Of a stretch of DNA of 32,000 nucleotides, positions 18,260 through 24,501 are shown piece by piece. The stretch comes from Candidatus Kuenenia stuttgartensis (GTDB lineage Bacteria; Planctomycetota; Brocadiia; Brocadiales; Brocadiaceae): the NCBI RefSeq assembly GCF_900232105.1, contig NZ_LT934425.1:1380001-1412000 (forward strand). The letters run 5' to 3'. The translations under genes were made by a program, and so were the position numbers. The first letter of the stretch is position 1. The number at the start of each line of letters is the position of its first letter. Under the pieces are notes generated by a model that saw only the letters and a list, made by a program, of their open reading frames with translations, had not been told where the DNA came from and did not search any database.

Positions 18260-19060
18260 ATGACTATCGACGACCCAATAGCAATATTTGATTCAGGGGT
18301 GGGGAGCCTTTCAATAATAAAGGAAATCAGAAATGCCTTGCCCGGCGAGAATTATATCTACCTCGCAGATAAAAAACATTTTCCTTATGGAAAAAAAACA
18401 CACGATGAATTGTTACGCATTATCCGGAACACCATAGAGTATCTTTCGAAAAATTTCACCCCAAAACTCATTGTGCTTGCCTCCAACACGCCTTCCATTC
18501 AGGTGCTTCATGAATTGAAAAAAGGGGCGGTTGACGTTATCGGCGTATTTCCTCCGGTCAATGAAGCTGTAAGTGTCTCCAAAACAGGACACATCGCCAT
18601 TTTGGCAACGCAAAACACGGTAATGAGTTCCGAACTGGACGAGTACATACACTCGCAGAAGATTCCGGCATCGGCAAAAATCATAAAGTGGAATGCCTCA
18701 CGGATGGTAGAGCTTGTGGAAACGGGAGATTTTTTGTCAAATAAGGATAAAAGCCTCAGAATAATCTCCGAAGAGCTTTCACTGTTGGAAGAGACGGATA
18801 ACATGGTCGACACAATTACACTTTCAAGCACACACCTTCCTTTTTTAAATGAATATTTTGCGCTGCTAAGGCCCTGCCTTCATTTAATTGACCCCGCAAA
18901 GATTGTTGCCAGAAAAGTAAAAAGTCTGCTGGAAAGAAATCTTCGTACTACGTCACAAAAAGGAACCCTGGAAATATTGGCCACGCAGGGAAAAGAATCA
19001 CTCGAAACAATCATAAAAAGGCTTGGCATCCAAGAGGAAATACACGAGGTACGGTTTTAG
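18260..19060 (+). CDS. murI: Glutamate racemase-like protein with Ser at both canonical catalytic Cys positions
   Basis: MurI-type N-terminus IAIFDSGVGSLS...YLADKKHFPYGKK. The motif expected as ACNTA reads ASNTP (Ser75, TCC 18482-18484). The motif expected as GCTH reads SSTH (Ser190, AGC 18827-18829). Confidence 0.7.
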   Translation: MTIDDPIAIFDSGVGSLSIIKEIRNALPGENYIYLADKKHFPYGKKTHDELLRIIRNTIEYLSKNFTPKLIVLASNTPSIQVLHELKKGAVDVIGVFPPVNEAVSVSKTGHIAILATQNTVMSSELDEYIHSQKIPASAKIIKWNASRMVELVETGDFLSNKDKSLRIISEELSLLEETDNMVDTITLSSTHLPFLNEYFALLRPCLHLIDPAKIVARKVKSLLERNLRTTSQKGTLEILATQGKESLETIIKRLGIQEEIHEVRF

Positions 19061-19100
19061 AGGTACGAAATACGATTTACAATTTGTACCATGAGCAATT

Positions 19101-19134
19101 AGCCATGAGCCACCAGCCATCAGCCATGAGCCAT
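19101..19134. repeat. Heptamer tandem repeat (AGCCATG/AGCCACC/AGCCATC) x~5
   Basis: Read directly; it abuts and overlaps by 1 nt the stop codon (19134-19136) of the minus-strand gene. Confidence 0.85.
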
Positions 19135-21263
19135 TAATCATCTTCACGTATCTTAACAAGCCCTAACTGCTCCGCTATGGAAAAAAAACCCGGCTCATTT
19201 ACATGGTTGATATCATCCTTCAGGACATGCAGGAGCTGTTCCCTTGCCTCCTGCTTTTTCCCCTGTTGAAAATAAATGATCCCCAGATTCTTACGTGCGC
19301 CAATATTCCGGGGATTTGCCCTTATCGAACTCAAAAATTCCATCTCTGCCAAATCCCATAACCCTTGCCGGCAATACAATGCCCCCAGATTATTGTGCGC
19401 ATTGGCGTGGTCGGGATTCAACCTCAAGGCTTTTTTTAATTCGCTCAGCGCCTCTTCAAAACGATTTGTCTCTGTATAAATGAAGCCTAAATTACTGTGC
19501 GCTTCAGCATACCCCGGGTAAATATATAATGCCTTCCGGTACTGCGCAATAGCGGCGTCAAGATTCCCCTTTTTCAGATAAGCGCTGCCAAGATTGTTAA
19601 ATACCTGCGGCTTATGCATGTTGAGCTGAATCGCCTTGTTAAAAAACACAATGCACTCATCCAGTGCATTTTTATCAAAATAGGCATTCCCCATATTATA
19701 GTAGGCATAGGAAGATGCCGGGTCATAGTGTATTGCCAGGGAAAACTCGGAAATCGCCTTGTCAGTAAGCCCTTTATCAATATACATGGTGCCCAGACTA
19801 TTGTGTCCCTCCGGATAATCATTCTTCAGGAGAACGGCCCTCTCCAACTCCCCGATTGCCCGGTCAAGGTCACCATGCTTGTAATAAAATACCCCAAGAT
19901 TGTTATGCGCATCATGATTATCCGGCTGCTCTTTCGCAATCTTTGTCCAGAAGGTGTATTCGTCCCGCCAGTCATTGTTCCTTAGCACTGTTCTTAGGGC
20001 AAACGAAATAACCACTACTGCTGCAATGGCAATGATACCGGCGCGTCTCTTCAATGCCTGCCTATCGGGCAAAAACAACCCCGTCCTGCTGCCTGCCGGG
20101 ATATTACCGGGAAACCAGCGGCCTATAACGCAGCCTGTCACTCCGCAAAACCCTGCAACCGGAAGATATAAATATCTCTCCGCCATAATATGCCCGATGG
20201 GAATAATATTCATCACGGGCAATAAGGCGGCAAAAAAACACAGTGCAAACAGTCCCTGTATGCGGGAGTGTTTTATTATCCTAAAAACAATCACGCCTAC
20301 CGCCACAAGAAAAAAAACGCTTATGAGAAATGACATGTCGGAGAGCGTGCGTACTGGAATTGCTTTATAATCGGCATTCAAGTGTATGGGTAAAAACATT
20401 TGTTTTACATAATATGCCACCACCTTGACCATCGTCATACCGCTTATCCAAAAACTCTTTTCATAATACGCAACCGAAACAAGCCTTGGGTTTTTCAACA
20501 GGGAGAAACGCACGAGAATGAAAAAAAACGACACGAACGCGTATCCCAAAAGTATTTTTACATAATACCTTTTCAGATATGGTATGCCGCACAGCAACCG
20601 GTACAAAATGATGAATACCGGCAGTACTATTGCGCTTTCCTTGGAAAACAAGGCAAGCATATAAAAGAGCAGTCCGATTATTAAAAAAACCCCCTTTCTC
20701 AAATGCGACCCGTCATCTGCCGGCAATGGCTTATCTTTTGAACATGTTTTTAGTGATTTTATAAGGAAAATGCATGACAGGAAAGAGAAGCCGGCAACAA
20801 GTAAATCTTCCCGGTAACTAATAGCGTTTACCGCTTCGGTTACGCACGGATGAATCGAAAATATTAGCGCGGCAAAGAATGCAATCGACCGCGACTTCAC
20901 CAGATTATTCACCAATATACAGAACATAAGGACGTTGAACGCATGTATCGCGACATTGGACAGGTGATAGCCGAAGGGATTGAGCCCCCATACCGCATAA
21001 TCCAGAAAATAACTTAAGGTAACAACGGGACGATAGCTCAACTCATTGGAAAGGGAGAAATACTCTTTGCTGAATATTTTTGGAAGATTCCCGGGTGATT
21101 TTATGAAATAATTCTCTTCGATAACGCTGATATCATCATAGACAAAACCATTTGGAATGGCATTGAGAAATACGCAGAATGTAATAACAACAAGCAGCAG
21201 CAGCAGCAGATAGAATGCCTTTGATTTTGACATGGTTATAGTAGTGGATGTCCCATGGCTCAT
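19134..21263 (-). CDS. Polytopic membrane protein with C-terminal TPR array (TMTC/PMT-like putative GT-C glycosyltransferase), paralogue 2
   Basis: FVYDDISVIEENYFI...ELSYRPVVTLSYFLDY aligns with the 847-aa paralogue. The C-terminus has about 8 TPRs. The track start 21263 lies inside a heptamer repeat; ATG 21233 (MSKSKAFYLLLLLLVVITF) is the more plausible start. Confidence 0.7.
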   Translation of the reverse strand: MSHGTSTTITMSKSKAFYLLLLLLVVITFCVFLNAIPNGFVYDDISVIEENYFIKSPGNLPKIFSKEYFSLSNELSYRPVVTLSYFLDYAVWGLNPFGYHLSNVAIHAFNVLMFCILVNNLVKSRSIAFFAALIFSIHPCVTEAVNAISYREDLLVAGFSFLSCIFLIKSLKTCSKDKPLPADDGSHLRKGVFLIIGLLFYMLALFSKESAIVLPVFIILYRLLCGIPYLKRYYVKILLGYAFVSFFFILVRFSLLKNPRLVSVAYYEKSFWISGMTMVKVVAYYVKQMFLPIHLNADYKAIPVRTLSDMSFLISVFFLVAVGVIVFRIIKHSRIQGLFALCFFAALLPVMNIIPIGHIMAERYLYLPVAGFCGVTGCVIGRWFPGNIPAGSRTGLFLPDRQALKRRAGIIAIAAVVVISFALRTVLRNNDWRDEYTFWTKIAKEQPDNHDAHNNLGVFYYKHGDLDRAIGELERAVLLKNDYPEGHNSLGTMYIDKGLTDKAISEFSLAIHYDPASSYAYYNMGNAYFDKNALDECIVFFNKAIQLNMHKPQVFNNLGSAYLKKGNLDAAIAQYRKALYIYPGYAEAHSNLGFIYTETNRFEEALSELKKALRLNPDHANAHNNLGALYCRQGLWDLAEMEFLSSIRANPRNIGARKNLGIIYFQQGKKQEAREQLLHVLKDDINHVNEPGFFSIAEQLGLVKIREDD

Positions 21264-21274
21264 GGCTCATGGCT
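21254..21274. repeat. Heptamer tandem repeat (CATGGCT) x3 at the 5' end of the gene
   Basis: On the coding strand each unit contains an ATG (at 21270, 21263, 21256), one in each reading frame. Confidence 0.85.
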
Positions 21275-21324
21275 ACAGTCCCGTAGTCCTTGAGGTTGTG
21301 TCGGGTAACGAAACCCAACGACTA

Positions 21325-21350
21325 GTAACACTTTAGATTTTTGAAAAAAC
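21325..21350. repeat. Solo MITE left end (GTAACACTTTAGATTTTTGAAAAAAC)
   Basis: Matches the left termini at 3238 and 13119. No matching right terminus was found downstream. Confidence 0.55.
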
Positions 21351-21431
21351 ACCGCGAAAAGCCCCGTTCGCACCTTTTTGAAAATTAATATTCAATGTTC
21401 AATGTAAAAGAATAGAGGCAAATGAGCAACA

Positions 21432-21467
21432 ATTTGTAGGGACACGCCATGACGTGTCCTTACAAAT
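21432..21467. repeat. Palindrome ATTTGTAGGGACACG-ccatga-CGTGTCCTTACAAAT
   Basis: 15-bp arms with one mismatch, 21 nt downstream of the nucleotidyltransferase stop. No U-tract. Confidence 0.75.
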
Positions 21468-21487
21468 CTGCGGGATCAAGTTCCTTA

Positions 21488-21778
21488 TCAAACATAGACG
21501 ACATCTCGCTCTATCCTGCGCCTCAATGTCTTGTTCATTTTATCCCGGAGACGAACAATATCAACCCTGTTGCCAAGAGATTCCTCGACAGCCTGCTTGA
21601 TGCCTATCAGACAAAACAGGTCGGGCTTTTTAAGTTCAACCACAATATCAATATCGCTCCCCTCCCGGCCCTCGTCTCTTGCGTAACTGCCAAAGAGACC
21701 TATCTTTTTAACGCCAAACCTTTGTTCAAATTCAGCTTTGTGTTCAGAAATAAAACTTATAATATCTTCCCTCTTCAT
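21488..21778 (-). CDS. MNT-type nucleotidyltransferase-domain protein (antitoxin-like), 96 aa
   Basis: GLFGSYARDEGREGSDIDIVVEL is the GS-x-R...SD-x-D minimal nucleotidyltransferase signature. Confidence 0.8.
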   Translation of the reverse strand: MKREDIISFISEHKAEFEQRFGVKKIGLFGSYARDEGREGSDIDIVVELKKPDLFCLIGIKQAVEESLGNRVDIVRLRDKMNKTLRRRIERDVVYV

Positions 21779-22011
21779 TCTATCGCTCTCACAAGAAACA
21801 ATCGGAATACAGATTTGAACGATAAATGCGAATAATTATTTTCTAAAATTATCAAACACCTATGTTTTTTAGCCCCAACTCATTCATGGCGGGTTCAGAT
21901 TGCAAGCCTGCCTGAGGTAGTAACATACTCCTCCTTTTGGTCTTTGGTCAATTGTAAACTTGTGACGATTTTTTTAGTCTGCGTAATCTGTGGTTCCCCT
22001 TTGCCTTGTTG

Positions 22012-22236
22012 TTACGTCTTTAGTGTTATTAAATCTTCGTCAAATTCAAGTGAGTAAGAGAGCACTGTCCTTAAATCTATTTTTTTAGAAGCATCCAGCA
22101 TTTCTATACCCACAATTTTTCCCTCCGAAGTTGTATCCACATTAACTCCTTCTGAAATTTCTATAACCCCATCCGGCGTTTCATCCCCCAGCCTCAAATA
22201 CAAAGCATCTGCTTCATTGTCGTAATACACTTTCAT
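22012..22236 (-). CDS. DUF2283-family small protein (74 aa)
   Basis: MKVYYDNEADALYLRLGD...VDTTSEGKIVGIEMLDASK matches the DUF2283 pattern as I recall it. It shares a 4-nt ATGA overlap with the upstream gene. Confidence 0.65.
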   Translation of the reverse strand: MKVYYDNEADALYLRLGDETPDGVIEISEGVNVDTTSEGKIVGIEMLDASKKIDLRTVLSYSLEFDEDLITLKT

Positions 22237-22460
22237 TTTTTCCTCCCATTCTTCAAAGGGTAGTTTGTTATTACTGTTATTATACTCTTCTCCACGACAA
22301 TTGTAATTTTCAGTGGATACTTAAATCCTTCTGCACTTTCTATAATCTCATGCCTTCCTTGAGATAATTCTTTACCTTCTAAAATCTTTATAATTGTTGA
22401 CTCTGATATTTTATATAATCTTGCCCTTCTTTTAGCGTGCCGTGAGAATTTTATTTCCAC
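22233..22460 (-). CDS. DUF4258-like small protein (75 aa), putative toxin partner
   Basis: FSRHAKRRARLYKISESTIIKILE resembles the N-terminal HA..R motif of DUF4258. It appears translationally coupled to the DUF2283 gene. Confidence 0.55.
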   Translation of the reverse strand: MEIKFSRHAKRRARLYKISESTIIKILEGKELSQGRHEIIESAEGFKYPLKITIVVEKSIITVITNYPLKNGRKK

Positions 22461-22497
22461 AAATCATTCCTCAATATTAGCGCCCATTCGCGGTTCA

Positions 22498-22528
22498 AAG
22501 GTTTTCAACCGTGAAACCTGAAAACCTC
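22498..22528 (-). terminator. Hairpin immediately after the phoU stop (member of a small repeat family)
   Basis: The minus strand reads GAGGTTTTCA-ggtttcacggt-TGAAAACCTT with 9/10 pairing, then only TTT. Related sequences (GGTTCAGGGGTTTTCAGCCGTAAAACCC) occur at 18205-18232 and 17600-17616. Confidence 0.35.
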
Positions 22529-23200
22529 TCATAACTCGCTTAACCTATGCTTCCGGTGTTTAACGACCGTTGCCCTTACAATATACACCACTTCTTCCGC
22601 TATATTGGTGGAATGGTCGGCGATTCTTTCCAAATGGCGCGAAATAAACATCAGGTGCACTGCCCGTATAATATTCCCAGGGTCTTCCATCATATATGTC
22701 AGTAATTCGCGAAATATCTGGTCATTGAGGGCATCAACCGTGGAATCGCGCTGGCAAACCGCCTGCGCAAGGGTGGTATCTTTATTCACAAACGCATCAA
22801 TGCTGTCTTTCACCATAGTTTGCGCAATAGTTGCCATCATTGGGATGTCTATTAGGGGTTTTAGCTGCGGTTCCTGATTCAGAGGAACAACCCGCTCCGC
22901 TATGTTTACCGCAAGATCACCCATCCTCTCGAGATTATTGGTAATCTTCATCGCTGAGGTTATAAACCGGAGGTCAACCGCCATTGGCTGTTGCAAAGCC
23001 AGCAGGTCAACGCACTGCTTATCTATCTCCAGTTCTAAATCATCCACCTGCTCATCGTGCATCACCACTGAGTGCGCCAGGTCGCTGTCTCTTTCTTTTA
23101 ATGACTTAACGGCGTTTGAAATAGCCATCTCAACGACAGAGGCCATCTGGATAAGATTCCTCCGGAGAACACCTAATTGTTGGTCAAAATGTCTTTCCAT
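22529..23200 (-). CDS. phoU: Phosphate-signalling regulator PhoU
   Basis: Two PhoU repeats with the signature helices LERMGDLAVNIAE and LERIADHSTNIAEE; 223 aa. Confidence 0.9.
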   Translation of the reverse strand: MERHFDQQLGVLRRNLIQMASVVEMAISNAVKSLKERDSDLAHSVVMHDEQVDDLELEIDKQCVDLLALQQPMAVDLRFITSAMKITNNLERMGDLAVNIAERVVPLNQEPQLKPLIDIPMMATIAQTMVKDSIDAFVNKDTTLAQAVCQRDSTVDALNDQIFRELLTYMMEDPGNIIRAVHLMFISRHLERIADHSTNIAEEVVYIVRATVVKHRKHRLSEL

Positions 23201-23220
23201 TTGTTATTTACGAATTACAA

Positions 23221-23248
23221 TTTTAGTTTTAGTTTTAGTTTTAGTTTT
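23221..23248. repeat. Hexamer tandem repeat (TTTTAG) x~4.5 in the phoU leader
   Basis: Located 21-48 nt upstream of the phoU ATG and flanked by the direct repeats TACGAATTACAA / TACGAATCACAA. Confidence 0.85.
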
Positions 23249-23308
23249 ACGAATCACAATAATTTCCCCTCCACTGGGTGGCAATGGGGGGCGTCTTACG
23301 CACACACT

Positions 23309-23355
23309 CGTTCCCAAACCTTTTACTGAACATAATGAAGTATCTGCATGGGAAC
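23309..23355. repeat. Long-loop REP variant (CGTTCCCAAACC...CATGGGAAC)
   Basis: Nearly identical to 13154-13200 (CTCGTTCCCAAACCTTkTACTGAACATArTGAAGTATCTG). Confidence 0.7.
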
Positions 23356-23530
23356 ACAATGGCACTGGAAACTATATTTGAGGGTTCAGATTTGTAACCG
23401 TTCGGCTAAGCTCACGACGAACCATTCTTATAGCTCATGGCTCATAGTAATTTGGCTCATGGCTATCAGCACACAAGGGCATCCGTTTGTCATTGCGAGC
23501 GCATCCGTTTGTCATCGCAAGCACATCCGC

Positions 23531-23681
23531 TTGTCATTGCGAGGGTCTTTTCCGAAGCAATCTCATAAACCGTCATAACGAGCCGTGTATCGTTTATGCT
23601 GAATAGTTACATTTTTTTAGCCCTTGAGCCACCCTTAATTTGCTTCTCCCGCGATATGGCGTTTCTTACGTCACGAAATAT
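23531..23681 (-). pseudogene. Solo 30-bp GIY-YIG repeat plus a 3' fragment of a GIY-YIG gene
   Basis: 23531-23560 is 30/30 identical to the left repeat of the cassette. 23611-23681 matches the master gene 3' region (encoding IFRDVRNAISREKQIKGGSRAKK). It is preceded by three 22-bp GCATCCGyTTGTCATTGCGAG sub-repeats (23478-23543). Confidence 0.75.
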
Positions 23682-23729
23682 CCTGAACCCGCCGGGAGTC
23701 GTGTAATGTTTACGCTGAATAATTACAAA

Positions 23730-23983
23730 GCCATCAGTCCTGCTTTCTAACTTTTTCCTCAATTTCTTAGCTACTTCTCCGGAATCAACTTCTGATAAAC
23801 GATCCGCCCATATTCCAAACGCAGGATGGCGCCTTTTTGTTATTTTTTCAGTTTTCAAATCAATATAAACTCTGACTTTTTTTTAGATATACGTTCTAAT
23901 CTTTTCCTGATCTTTTCAGGTATAGACAAATGGCCATCAGGTAGTACATCGGCTATGTATTCAACTAGTTCGTTGCTCATCAT
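23730..23983 (-). pseudogene. AbrB/SpoVT-type antitoxin-like gene interrupted by a frameshift in an A8 tract
   Basis: The 42-aa ORF 23855-23983 (MMSNELVEYIADVLPDGHLSIPEKIRKRLERISKKK...) and the ORF starting at 23858 (...TEKITKRRHPAFGIWADRLSEVDSGEVAKKLRKKLESR) become one continuous reading frame if the A8 run (plus-strand T8, 23877-23884) were A9. The C-terminus then runs into GIY-YIG-derived sequence. Confidence 0.55.
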
Positions 23984-24180
23984 ATCTTCCGTTCTAAAAG
24001 CAGTGGTTAGTGTTTGACAATTTTATTGTAGCAGCAATTATTTTACACATCCTGTGATTATTTATGTCGTTCAAAAAGCAGTGTTAATCAGCGTTTATCT
24101 GTGTCCAACTATTGGTCATTGGTTCATCATGATAGTTCATTATAGATGTGGGTAATGCTTTTTCAAGAACCATTTAGGGG

Positions 24181-24208
24181 ATTTTAAATTTTGGATTTTG
24201 GATTTTAG
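24181..24208. repeat. Heptamer tandem repeat (ATTTTRR) x4
   Basis: Read directly (attttaa attttgg attttgg attttag). Confidence 0.8.
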
Positions 24209-24423
24209 GTAATAGTTCACTGCAGTTCGTTATCCTCTTTTTATTTTTGCCGGCAACTTATGGTATTACCCTGTAAAAACCTCTTTTTTTTGTAAGATTT
24301 TCTTCGTGCCCCTTTGTGTTCTGTATTCTTTGTGCCCTTTGTGGTTAAACTCTTTTTAATTACGGCTTTATAGCAATATGTGATTTAAGGAATTGGGGAT
24401 TTTACCAACTTACTTAAAAACCA

Positions 24424-24465
24424 CAAAAAAAGGGGTGTTATATCTTTCGACATAACACCCCTTTT
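24424..24465 (-). terminator. Rho-independent terminator of the S-layer gene
   Basis: The minus strand reads AAGGGGTGTTAT-gtcgaaagat-ATAACACCCCTT followed by TTTTT. The 12-bp stem is perfect, and the hairpin lies 37 nt after the TAA stop. Confidence 0.9.
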
Positions 24466-24501
24466 AAACTACTTGACTACTAAACTAACATTATCACTAT
24501 T

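Noticed and set aside
21264-21487. Search for a HEPN/DUF86 toxin partner downstream of the MNT gene
   Set aside because: There is no ORF of adequate length in any frame on the minus strand. The region consists of a palindrome, AT-rich repeat modules and a solo MITE end.
21449-21835. 128-aa plus-strand ORF
   Set aside because: It completely overlaps, in antisense, the well-supported MNT nucleotidyltransferase gene, and its start lies in the palindrome at 21432-21467.
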